Shown here piece by piece: positions 1 through 9,300 of a DNA stretch of 26,918 bases. This DNA is from Clostridia bacterium. GTDB lineage: Bacteria; Bacillota; Clostridia; Christensenellales; UBA3700. The notes below the pieces were generated by a model. The model was not told where the DNA came from, made no database searches, and saw nothing but the letters and a program-made list of their open reading frames with translations. The DNA lies in assembly GCA_029067255.1 (NCBI GenBank), contig JAIEEW010000133.1, positions 1 to 26,918 of the forward strand, in the 5' to 3' direction. Numbering within the stretch: position 1 is the stretch's first letter; the number at the start of each line of letters is the position of its first letter. Position numbers and translations under genes: made by a program.

Positions 1-432
1 AAATCCGAAGAATTTTTTAGTGCAAACGATCTTTCCGAAAAAGTCATATTTTCCATGCGATCGGCGTGGAGCAAATTTGACGTTATATTCTCTGAAAAAG
101 TCGACGAAGCATGTTTGATACACGGCGATTTGAACGTTGCGAATATAATGGTCTGCAAAAAGTACAAAGTCAACGGTTTTATCGACCCACTCAACTCAAT
201 GTACGCGGACAGAGAGTACGATTTATTTCAGTTCGATAACCTTACCGGAAAGAGATTTTATCTACGCGAAACCTATATCCGCAAATACGGAGCAAGTAAA
301 TATTGCGATGCCAAATGCGCTTTTTACGGCTTATGGAACGAAGTATATTGCTATATAAAATCAGGCTTGCTTGTAAAATTGATTATGAATCCGCTTACAA
401 AAAATATGCGCAAAAGGCTTGCGGAACTATGA
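1..432 (+). CDS. Aminoglycoside-phosphotransferase / fructosamine-kinase-like protein, C-terminal part (5' truncated by window edge)
   Basis: Frame is open from base 1 (KSEEFFSANDLSEKVIFSMRSAW...). It carries the APH/choline-kinase catalytic motif HGDLNVANIMV, then FIDP and DREYDL. Stop TGA at 430-432 overlaps the next ATG (ATGA). Confidence 0.8.
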   Translation, partial: KSEEFFSANDLSEKVIFSMRSAWSKFDVIFSEKVDEACLIHGDLNVANIMVCKKYKVNGFIDPLNSMYADREYDLFQFDNLTGKRFYLRETYIRKYGASKYCDAKCAFYGLWNEVYCYIKSGLLVKLIMNPLTKNMRKRLAEL

Positions 433-1352
433 TCTCGCTAGGCGCAAAAATCACAAGAGCAGTCCTTAAAATTTATACCTACCCATACCGTAAAAAACAT
501 AAATCTTTATCGCGTTCTATTAAGTTTAGTAAAAAGCCTTATTTGCCACCAAAAAACTATCGTTACGAAGTAAAAAATATAGACGGAACAAAAATCGAAA
601 TATTATCCCCGATAGAAGAAAACAACAGTTTATACGCTATTGTACAGTTTCACGGCGGCGGACATACGCAAGCAATGAATAAGATGTACAGAAAAGTTGC
701 CGAGCGACTTTGTAAATCAACAGGCTATCCTGTATATTCAATTGATTACAAAACCGACAGCAACCTTACTTATCCGTCAGTACATAGAGAATGTTATGCG
801 GCGTACGCGAATTTACTTGACTGTCTTTTGAAAGAAAAGCGTATCATTGCTATAGGCGACAGTTTTGGCGCTAATTTAATGCTTTCCACCTGTTTGAAAC
901 TTCGCGACAAGAAAATTCAATTACCTTGCGCGCTGATTTCAATATCGTGTTACGTCGATTTGGCTGCGACGGGATCTTCCTACAAAAAAAATTGTTACGT
1001 CGACCCTTTGTACTCTTTAACCAAGCGTCAAAATTTTGAAAGACATGAAAATTTTATAAGGCGAAAAACTCCCTATTGCGGCTTAACGTCGCCTTATGAT
1101 GCGTATTTGTCGCCTGCTTACGCAGAATACCAAAATTTCCCGAATATGCTTTTACAGTGCGGAGATTGCGAAACTTCAGAAAGCGACAGCGACATGCTGT
1201 ATGAAAAAGCGATTGCGGCAAACGTGAAAGTAAAACTTACAAAGTATAATGGCATGTGGCATGACTTTCAGTATTTAACGCCGTTTTTGAAAGAAAGTAA
1301 ACGCGCATGGAAAGAAATAAGCGAATTTATCAAACAGATAGCGTTACAATGA
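429..1352 (+). CDS. Alpha/beta hydrolase, HSL/Abhydrolase_3-like esterase
   Basis: HGGG oxyanion motif (QFHGGGH), GDSFG nucleophile elbow, C-terminal GMWHDF histidine. Start moved from 303 to the ATG at 429 because of ATGA coupling with the upstream stop. Confidence 0.88.
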   Translation: MISLGAKITRAVLKIYTYPYRKKHKSLSRSIKFSKKPYLPPKNYRYEVKNIDGTKIEILSPIEENNSLYAIVQFHGGGHTQAMNKMYRKVAERLCKSTGYPVYSIDYKTDSNLTYPSVHRECYAAYANLLDCLLKEKRIIAIGDSFGANLMLSTCLKLRDKKIQLPCALISISCYVDLAATGSSYKKNCYVDPLYSLTKRQNFERHENFIRRKTPYCGLTSPYDAYLSPAYAEYQNFPNMLLQCGDCETSESDSDMLYEKAIAANVKVKLTKYNGMWHDFQYLTPFLKESKRAWKEISEFIKQIALQ

Positions 1353-1508
1353 CGCGAAACCATGCGCTTGAATACTAGAACGCTGATTGAAAAACGATAA
1401 AAGAAGGCTTACACTGATTAGGAGAATTGCTTAAAGATTACTAAAATAAAAAGTTACTATTGTTACTTTAATATAAAAATTTATAAAACGAAAATTTGCG
1501 CTAACCTA

Positions 1509-1536
1509 TCGGTTGGGGAAATCCATCCCCAACCGA
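1509..1536. terminator. GC-rich hairpin between convergent genes, probable terminator
   Basis: tcggttgggga-aatcca-tccccaaccga inverted repeat 6 nt past the stop of 1543..2250. U-tract is weak. Confidence 0.55.
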
Positions 1537-1542
1537 AATCAT

Positions 1543-2250
1543 TTATCTTATTGCGTTAGTAAAATTATAACGGAGCCAAACAGCATTCCCGTCCAGTTTT
1601 TGAACGTCTAGTAATGTAAACGCTATAGCCGAGTTTTGCGATTTCCCACCTTTTTCAAACACGGTTACTCTGTCTTCCCCGTCTGCGGCAGGGGCGAGTA
1701 CAAGACTTAATTCATCAATCATACCGCTATCCGCAAACGCCCAATCAATATAACCGCCGCCCGCTATCATAAGTCTGTCGATTTTGAAAAGTTCTTTGAG
1801 TTTCACCATACACGCGACGCAATCCAAATCCGTCTTACCTGCAAATATATAAGATATTCCCAGATTTCTTAAATAGGCTGCATATTCGTCGGAAACGTTT
1901 TCAGTTAAAACTTCTATGATATGCTGTCTTTTGCCGTGTCTTTCCAAATAATTTTTTGAGTAAGCGAGTTTGCCGTATCTGTCGATAGCAACCGCAAACG
2001 GCGGCTCTGCTTCCGGCGATAAGTAATCTTTTCGTCCCGTCGATTTCGCTTTGGAAAGTTTTCCAACACAGCCGTCGCAAAATTCAAGCATTGTCGTCGT
2101 CCCGTATAAAATAGCGGAACAGTCAAAATTAACGCGAATCGCGCCGTATGCTTCCAACGCTTCTAAGCATTCCGATTTGCCCATAAAACTCCCCGCAATG
2201 GCGCCGTCCAACGCGCTTAAAACGTGGCATATTGTATACGGTCTGTTCAT
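1543..2250 (-). CDS. RibD C-terminal-domain / dihydrofolate-reductase-like oxidoreductase
   Basis: N-terminal RPYTICHVLSALDG, LMIAGGGYI motif, IDELSLVLAP and VWLRY ending typical of RibD_C proteins. Confidence 0.85.
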   Translation of the reverse strand: MNRPYTICHVLSALDGAIAGSFMGKSECLEALEAYGAIRVNFDCSAILYGTTTMLEFCDGCVGKLSKAKSTGRKDYLSPEAEPPFAVAIDRYGKLAYSKNYLERHGKRQHIIEVLTENVSDEYAAYLRNLGISYIFAGKTDLDCVACMVKLKELFKIDRLMIAGGGYIDWAFADSGMIDELSLVLAPAADGEDRVTVFEKGGKSQNSAIAFTLLDVQKLDGNAVWLRYNFTNAIR

Positions 2251-2271
2251 TCTACAATCTCTCCTAAATAA

Positions 2272-3471
2272 TTACAGAACTTTAAGCGCGCTAAGCCAAT
2301 CCAAAACAGTCTTTTCTGACGTCCCCGAACTGAAGCGCTGACCTGCTAACCAGTTCCCTGTTCCCGCCATTTCGGCAAGCAACATTCCGCTCTGTCCCAA
2401 TCCCGAACTTGCCGACGTAGCAAACGGAATAACAGTTTTGCCGGTAAAGTCGTTATCTTTAATAAAATTGTTTACAGGCCACGCCGCAATGCCCCACCAA
2501 ATGGGATAACCTATGAATACAGTATCGTAATCCGCCCAATTAGCGACAGCGGTATTTGTCAATTCTATATTTCGTAAACTCACGTCGTTATGCTCTCGCG
2601 AAACGCGACTGCTTGAATTGTTATAATTCAAATCCGCGCCGGTATATGGATCGACTGGAACAAGTTCGAACATATCGCCGCCCGTTGCGTCGGCAATATA
2701 TTCCGCCACCCTTTTTGTAGAACCTGTCGCCGAAAAATATACTACAAGAACGCCTGCCCCTTTCTCACTCGGCAAATCGTCTTGCGGCGGAATAATCTCC
2801 GTGGAATCATTTGATTCATTATCGTTTGGATTCGAAGGTTGTTCAAGAGTCGCTATCAATCCTAATCCGTCAAGCCAATTACGAATGGTATTTTCATCGC
2901 TGCGATTAAACAGCCTGCCTTCGTTTACCGTCGCTTTTGTATTGCTGCGAATATCCGCCGTACTTTCGCTGATAGGACTACCGCCGCTCGTAGCGAACGT
3001 ATAAATAGTTTTACCGCTCAAATCATAGTAGTTGAGAAAACTCAAAACCGCCATAGGCGCGGTATGCCACCAAATCGGAAATCCCAAAATTATTGTGTCG
3101 TACTCGGCAATCGCTTCGTCCGGCAAATACGTTGCGAGTTCAGGACGTGCGTTGTTGTCCTTTTCTTCTTTCGCTACTTCCGTCGTGGGCGTATATGCGC
3201 TGGGATACGGTTCTTTACGCTCTATCTCGAAAATATCCGCGCCGCTTAATTCCCGTATCTTTTCTGCTACGCCTTTAGTTGTGTTTGTTTTGGAAAAATA
3301 CGCTACAAGTGTTTTGCTAGTAACCGTGAACGAATTGTCGACGTTAGCATTTGACGGACGGGTATAATCGTCAGGCGGATTTTCTCCGCCGTCATTTGAA
3401 TTGCAAGCGACAAACGAAAAAGTCATAACCATACATAGTACGATTGCTATAAAAGATAAAATTTTTTTCAT
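2272..3471 (-). CDS. Predicted lipoprotein with two tandem flavodoxin domains
   Basis: Signal peptide with lipobox (MKKILSFIAIVLCMVMTFSFVA-C23). Two flavodoxin units: LVAYFSKTNTTKGVA...ILGFPIWW...FATSGGS and LVVYFSATGSTKRVA...FIGYPIWW...FATSASS, joined by an acidic P/S/N linker. Confidence 0.87.
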   Translation of the reverse strand: MKKILSFIAIVLCMVMTFSFVACNSNDGGENPPDDYTRPSNANVDNSFTVTSKTLVAYFSKTNTTKGVAEKIRELSGADIFEIERKEPYPSAYTPTTEVAKEEKDNNARPELATYLPDEAIAEYDTIILGFPIWWHTAPMAVLSFLNYYDLSGKTIYTFATSGGSPISESTADIRSNTKATVNEGRLFNRSDENTIRNWLDGLGLIATLEQPSNPNDNESNDSTEIIPPQDDLPSEKGAGVLVVYFSATGSTKRVAEYIADATGGDMFELVPVDPYTGADLNYNNSSSRVSREHNDVSLRNIELTNTAVANWADYDTVFIGYPIWWGIAAWPVNNFIKDNDFTGKTVIPFATSASSGLGQSGMLLAEMAGTGNWLAGQRFSSGTSEKTVLDWLSALKVL

Positions 3472-3485
3472 ATTCCATATTCTCC

Positions 3486-4373
3486 TTACCAGTTTTTCTT
3501 TTCTTTTTTGTGATCGTTGTTACGCTTTCTTTCTTCAACCATTTGCGCAAACCATTCCACCATAGCGGGGTCTGTATGAGAGAAGAAAGAACTTTGCTTT
3601 TTATCAAGACTAGCCATAACAGCCATATCTTCTTTTGAAAGTTCAAAATCAAACACGTTGAAATTCTGTTTCATTCTTTCGATATGAACGGATTTCGGAA
3701 TAACGACGATACCACGTTGCAACTCCCAACGAAGTATTACCTGCGCCACGGTTTTGTTGTATTTAGCGGCGATTTTCGCTATAGTTTCGTTGGTAAACAA
3801 ACCGTTTCTGCCTTCGCCGAACGGCGCCCATGCTTCAATTTGCACGCCGTATTTTTCCATCCACTTTTGCGCTTCTATCTGCTGGTTATGCGGATGAGTT
3901 TCCACCTGATTGACCATGGGTTTGATTCTCGCAAAACTGCAAATATCTACCATTCTGTCAGGATAGAAGTTGGATATGCCTATTGCGCGGATAACGCCTT
4001 GAGCGTAAAGGTCTTCCAGCGCTCGCCACGCTCCGTATACGTCTGCAAACGGCTGATGCAAAAGCGCAAGATCGACGTAGTTTGTTTTCAACTTGCGCAG
4101 CGATTCCAAAATCGACGCTTTGGTCTCTTCATACCCGTAATGCTCAACCCATACTTTTGTTGTCAAAAATATTTCTTCGCGCGGAATACCCGATTTAGCG
4201 ATAGCGTTGCCGACTTCTTCTTCGTTGAAATAACTTTGCGCAGTATCAATATGGCGATAGCCTACTTTTAGAGCGTCAAGTACGCAACGCTCGCATTCGT
4301 CTTTACTGACCTGATAAACGCCGTATCCGAGCTGCGGCATTTTGACTCCGTTTGATAACTTAACATATTGCAT
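3486..4373 (-). CDS. Aldo/keto reductase (2,5-DKG reductase-like)
   Basis: MQYVKLSNGVKMPQLGYG, GYRHIDTAQSY, IFLTTKVW, IGISNF, VVIPKS motifs. Start set at ATG 4373 with TAGGAG upstream rather than 4442. Confidence 0.93.
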   Translation of the reverse strand: MQYVKLSNGVKMPQLGYGVYQVSKDECERCVLDALKVGYRHIDTAQSYFNEEEVGNAIAKSGIPREEIFLTTKVWVEHYGYEETKASILESLRKLKTNYVDLALLHQPFADVYGAWRALEDLYAQGVIRAIGISNFYPDRMVDICSFARIKPMVNQVETHPHNQQIEAQKWMEKYGVQIEAWAPFGEGRNGLFTNETIAKIAAKYNKTVAQVILRWELQRGIVVIPKSVHIERMKQNFNVFDFELSKEDMAVMASLDKKQSSFFSHTDPAMVEWFAQMVEERKRNNDHKKEKKNW

Positions 4374-4421
4374 ATTAAAATTTCTCCTATTAGTTTTTGG
4401 TTTAATTATTTCCTTACTTGC

Positions 4422-4485
4422 ATTATAAATCACGTCAAACAAAAACGGAAGTTCAATTAAGTTTATAGTTTAAACAAAAAGTTTA
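4422..4485 (-). promoter_or_regulatory. Putative activator-dependent promoter of the AKR-flavodoxin-RibD operon with upstream palindromic site
   Basis: TATAAT at 4422-4427 with a poor -35 (TTCCGT) at 17 nt. Palindrome TAAAC-AAAAA-GTTTA at 4471-4485 plus a GTTTA half-site at 4461-4465. Confidence 0.55.
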
Positions 4486-4488
4486 TAC

Positions 4489-4517
4489 AAAAAAGAGCGA
4501 CCTTTAGTCGCTCTTTT
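4489..4517 (-). terminator. Intrinsic terminator after the CMD-cupin gene
   Basis: aaaagagcgac-cttta-gtcgctctttt 11-bp stem with a T-run on the minus strand, 19 nt past stop 4537. Confidence 0.8.
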
Positions 4518-4536
4518 ATAAATTCAATTAATTTGA

Positions 4537-5295
4537 TTACTTTACTACGTTTTCGTATTCTTCATCCGAAACAGGCTCGCTCCAATCGGTTTTTCCGTTT
4601 TCAGCGGGAACTTCTATCGCAAGATGGGAAAACCAACCGTCTTTTCCTGCGCCATGCCAATGTTTTACTCCTACGGGAATATTGACTACGTCGCCCGCCT
4701 GCATTTTAACAGCGGCTTTACCGTATTCCTGATAATAGCCTTCTCCGCCTACGCAAACGAGAATTTGTCCGCCGCCCTTTGTCGCGTTGTGAATATGCCA
4801 ATTATTGCGGCATTTCGGCTCAAACGTTACGTTGGCGATAAATACTTGTTCTTTTGATATGGGAGCGAGATAACTTTGCCCTTTGAAATATTTAGCGTAA
4901 GCGTCGTTTGGTTCGCCTATGGGGAAGAAAATGGTATTTTGATATTTTTCCTTTTCCGTAAGCGCGGGCATTTCTTCATTCCAAACTTCCTTTGCAAGAT
5001 TGAAGACCGCCCAACCTTTGGGCCAGCCTGCGTAGAACGCCGTATGAGTTATTGCCGCAACTATTTCTTCTTTTGTAACGCCATTGTTTTTTGCGTTCAA
5101 TAAATGATGCTTCAAAGAACTGTCGCATATTCCCTGCGACATCAACGATACTACCGTTATTATACATCTTGTCTTAACGTCGATGCCGTTGGAATTCCAA
5201 TTTTCTCCGAATAAAATATCGTCGTTGTAATGCGCGAATTCTGGCGCAAATTTCCCAAGCGAATCTCTGCCCGCTGTCTGTACGATTTTTTTCAT
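4537..5295 (-). CDS. Carboxymuconolactone-decarboxylase-like domain fused to a cupin domain
   Basis: AGRDSLGKFAPEFAHYNDDILFGENW...HTAFYAGWP (CMD), then TFEPKCRNNWHIH...GGQIL...HWHGA...HLAIE (cupin). Start set at ATG 5295 with AGGAG 7 nt upstream. Confidence 0.88.
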   Translation of the reverse strand: MKKIVQTAGRDSLGKFAPEFAHYNDDILFGENWNSNGIDVKTRCIITVVSLMSQGICDSSLKHHLLNAKNNGVTKEEIVAAITHTAFYAGWPKGWAVFNLAKEVWNEEMPALTEKEKYQNTIFFPIGEPNDAYAKYFKGQSYLAPISKEQVFIANVTFEPKCRNNWHIHNATKGGGQILVCVGGEGYYQEYGKAAVKMQAGDVVNIPVGVKHWHGAGKDGWFSHLAIEVPAENGKTDWSEPVSDEEYENVVK

Positions 5296-5297
5296 GA

Positions 5298-6188
5298 TCA
5301 AACTCCTTGTATCTTACATATAGTTTTAATAAATTTCGTTACCTGTCTTGACGGCGTCGGCGAATACAAGATCCCAAATGGAATCTTATAATTCCACTTT
5401 GCCGGAACAATCTTCAACAACGGATGTACGTCTTCCCAGCCGGCAACCGTAATGATAGGGATATTCTCTTTAGCGGCTTGATTGAACGCTGAAATATTGA
5501 ACATATTAAAGTCTTCAATCTGCGTCCCGTTTGCGACCAATTCTTCTCTTAATTCATCAATAAACCTATTCCAGCCTTTGCGAATAAGCATTACCTTTCT
5601 ATTTCGTAGATCTTCTATCCCTATTTCTTGTTTTCCATTTAGGGTATGCGTAACGGGAATAGCAAACAGCAACGGCTTATCGTATAAATGCGCGGCAAGA
5701 CACTCGCGCTCTTCCAGAAATTTTTCGTCGTACAATCCGCCTACTATATCAATGTGTTTTCCAAGATTTTTCAATATTTCTACAGAATTGATTGGAGTAT
5801 TGTCAAAGGGAATCAATTCGATTTTCATATACGGGTCGATTTCTTGCAACTTGCTCCACACGTCTAGTAGGAATTTAGCGGGCGTCATTATAGACGTTCC
5901 GATACGGATCGTTTGACGTTTGTCTTTATCGTCTATATCCTTCGCCTTTTCTATCGCGCGTTCGGAATAATCGATTATATACTTCGCGTCTTGCAAAAGA
6001 CTTTTACCCGCTTCCGTCAATGCCAAACCGTGATTAGTACGGTTGAACAACGTTATGCCCAACCTGCCTTCAAGCGCATTGATCTGCTTCATAACGGCTG
6101 TAGGCGAAATAAAAAACGCTTCGGCAGTTTTGCTGAAACTGCCGTTTTCCGCAACCGATATAAAAGTTTCCAACTGCGTATTGTACAT
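5298..6188 (-). CDS. LysR-family transcriptional regulator
   Basis: N-terminal HTH LETFISVAENGSFSKTAEAFFISPTAVMKQINALEGRLGITLFNRT...LTEAG; 296 aa. Confidence 0.95.
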   Translation of the reverse strand: MYNTQLETFISVAENGSFSKTAEAFFISPTAVMKQINALEGRLGITLFNRTNHGLALTEAGKSLLQDAKYIIDYSERAIEKAKDIDDKDKRQTIRIGTSIMTPAKFLLDVWSKLQEIDPYMKIELIPFDNTPINSVEILKNLGKHIDIVGGLYDEKFLEERECLAAHLYDKPLLFAIPVTHTLNGKQEIGIEDLRNRKVMLIRKGWNRFIDELREELVANGTQIEDFNMFNISAFNQAAKENIPIITVAGWEDVHPLLKIVPAKWNYKIPFGILYSPTPSRQVTKFIKTICKIQGV

Positions 6189-6201
6189 ACTTTCCCTTTA
6201 T

Positions 6202-6250
6202 ATAAACAATTAGTTTATGTGATTATACCACTCTTTTGATAAAAAGTCAA
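6202..6250 (-). promoter_or_regulatory. Sigma-70 promoter of the LysR gene with a downstream palindromic operator
   Basis: TTGACT (6245-6250), 17 nt, TG-n-TATAAT (6222-6227). ATAAAC-N5-GTTTAT palindrome at 6202-6218 covers the expected transcription start. Confidence 0.75.
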
Positions 6251-6289
6251 TGCGTATCTTCTTTCCGTCGATATATGTCAAAACGTAAA

Positions 6290-6322
6290 AAATCAGGGAA
6301 CCTGCAATAAGTTCCCTAATTT
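6290..6322 (-). terminator. Intrinsic terminator ending the toxin/immunity/surface-protein operon
   Basis: Minus strand: aaattagggaac-ttattgcag-gttccctgattttttac, ~35 nt after stop 6357. Confidence 0.7.
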
Positions 6323-6356
6323 ATTCATACTGCTTAACGTTTATTTACGTCGTCAT

Positions 6357-9300
6357 TTATATTGCGGTCAACGTAACTTTCGCTTCATAGAATTTCCACG
6401 TAAATTTATCCCAAACGCCGTCGTCATACGTATAGAAACCAAGTCGGATTTTCGTATTTTGCGAAAATTTATCAATGCTCAACGTTACTGAGAAATTATT
6501 ATTCCAACTTTGCGATTTTGTCGGCTGGAACTTATCCTTAGTGTAAACGTTGCTGCCGTTGACATCAAGCCACAACTTAGCAAAATTTCCGTCATGCTTT
6601 ACTCTTTCAAGAAGAGCGCTGATATTGATTTTTATCTTTGTATACCCTAACTCTTTGAGAGTATTGATATCCAAATTCACAAGATATTCTCTAGTATGGA
6701 AATCCTTGTTTTGATTTTCGTCCAACTCTTTGACTTCATCGCCCGATACTCCGTTTATATCCGCGTCTTGACCTATATGCACAACTACCGACGTGCGTAC
6801 CCAATAAGCGTACAGGTATTTATCTTGATTACCCGAATAGTCTTCGCTGAATACATAATCTTTTGCGCCGTTATTCGCAGTAGACCAACCTGTCTGTAAA
6901 TAACCGGATCTTGTGCACAACTCACCTGCAATTTTCACGCTGCAACCTTGCTTTTTATAAACGCTTTTTACTCGTATGATTTGCGACGAATTGTTTTCAT
7001 AATAGTAAACAATAGCGCTGAAAAATACTTCTGAGTAAAAGTTGATTTCCTGCCCGTTATATTTTTGTTTCGCCGTAATTGTAAGCGTAAAACCGCTATC
7101 CGGCGCAGATGCGATCGCGCTTCCGTTCATACTTCCGCCAGTCAACGTCCAAACCAAATCTTCCTTGTTATACGTAAATGAAGAATCCCAACCTGTCAAA
7201 TCAAAACTGTTGTCAATCTCTATACTGGTCTGAGAAACTCCCAAAGAACCGCTAACGCGTTTGAATATAGCAACGTCTTGGGCTTCGATCCTACTCTTAA
7301 TATTGCTTGGCGCAGACGCGCCGTTCGTATAAATATAGTAAGTCTGTGTTCCGTCATGAACGGTAATTTTGTACGTTACGTAATTATTTCTACCGCTCTG
7401 TCCCGATTTTACGCTCAAAGTAAACGTATCGTAATCTTTAATTCCGCCTGCGTAAATAAGCGTAGCGTTGGAAGATACTTCTACGGAATAAGTCAATCCG
7501 TAATTTATTTTACCGCCCAAACCTTTGTATTTTATACGCATATCTACGCTCTGTCCTTCTTCTAGTTGCGGAGCGCCGTAATCAATGTCATATTTATGTC
7601 CGTCTTTGCCGTTTGTCTGTAAATACTCTAATGAGAATGCTCCGTCAAGAGCCGCAACGGTAAATTCCTTATATTGCCACGTATCGCTGTCAAAAGTCCT
7701 GTAAGGCACTCTTACAAGCGTACCCGCGTTTGCATTAGTGGATATATAAAGGAAACCGTCTTCGCACTGCGCGACAATTCCGTTTTTGTCCGCGGTTACG
7801 TTAGGATCGCCCCACTCAACAGATTTATTGGACGCGTGGCCGTGTCCGTTTATCGTAATCAAAGAATTCAAATCCAACGTACCGTCCCTATGGAACGTAG
7901 CGTCGGATATTTCCGCGCTCAAAGCGGGCACGTAGACCGATAAGTAGCAATCCTGCGAGAATACTTTCCCGCCATGATTGTAGTTTACCGTAATAGTTAT
8001 GAACGGATGGTCTTCATTCATCGCGCTAAGATCGGAAATTTTTATCAAACTTCCCGAAGTAGTAATTATCCCGTTATTTGCGATCAACGTAACGTCTATA
8101 TCCGTTACGTTGTCAATAGTATAAACAATTTCGACTCTCAAAGAATCGGACGGAAGCGCTTTTATATTTTCGTTATCCACCGCAACGCCGTCTTTAACAA
8201 TTTCTATACTCTCAAACGCTTCCGCATAAACCGGCATTACTGTTAAATTGCGCTTCAAAGGCATGGAGTCGACTCCCGTCCACTCGTTGGTAAGATTGGC
8301 CGAATACTCTATTATACTTCCCTTACTGGTCAAAGACTTCGGCAAAGTAAGCAATCCGTTTGAGTCTACAACGGCAATGGAAGCATCGATATCGTTAAGC
8401 GAATAGAATATGGGCACGGGGTTATCCGCAAGCAAAGTCGCATACTTAGGAAACGCTTCGGCTTGCATATCGTAGGAGCGAAAATTCTCCACGTTGTCAA
8501 CAATCGAATTGACAAACACTATGCTTTCGACAGGAATATAAATCGAAACGGTAATTTCATCGAATCCGTCGCTGTAAGCCGCTCTTATTTTTACTTCCGG
8601 ATGCGGTATTTTCATGCCCTCTGACCATTCGCTAGTAGGGCGCAAGACAAACGTTCCGTCAGAATGAACGTAACCGTCTTCAACGTATTCCTGCCCTTTT
8701 ACAATTATATAATTCAATCCTGTAGAATCTACGCCGTTGACGGTAGATTCCAAACTCACCGTATCGGCTGCGACGCTACTCGCGACTGCCAACGCTTCGC
8801 CTGCGGCGTTAAAACGTCCAAGCGGCGTAATCGCGGAAATTTCCACAACGGTAGTAGGCATATACAACGTCAGCGTAACGCTGTCGAACGCGTTGGGATT
8901 GTCTACCGAATAAGCGGTTATGGTAACAGTGGAATTGACGTCTATAACAGCGACGTCTTTCTTAGCAGTTATAGTTCCGCTCGCTTCGTCAAAGTCTTCG
9001 ATGTATTTCATACCGTTGCCCGACAATTCGTAACGCAAAGACTGATCGCTTGCATATGAAGGGAAAAATTCGCAAGAAACCGTCCTTGTCTTGCCGATAT
9101 GTAATTTATCGTCTGTTCCCGGCGACGATAACGTTATGCTTTTTACAGGTACCTTTGCGACAGTCATTTCAATAGGATTGCTTTCTATCCCGTCCACTCC
9201 TGCCGTTACTGTAAATACGCTTCCTATCTCAACGTCGGGCGATACGGCGATCACAGCGGTTCCGCGCGCTCTACCGTCCATCAACTCGACCGTCGACACT

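Noticed and set aside
303-428. N-terminal extension of the hydrolase ORF in the ORF track
   Set aside because: It overlaps the phosphotransferase by 130 nt; the ATGA-coupled start at 429 is more plausible.
3684-4271. 195-aa plus-strand ORF
   Set aside because: Antisense shadow of the AKR gene with no recognisable motif.
4374-4442. Longer start for the aldo/keto reductase
   Set aside because: It runs through the promoter region; ATG 4373 has a good RBS and a family-typical N-terminus.
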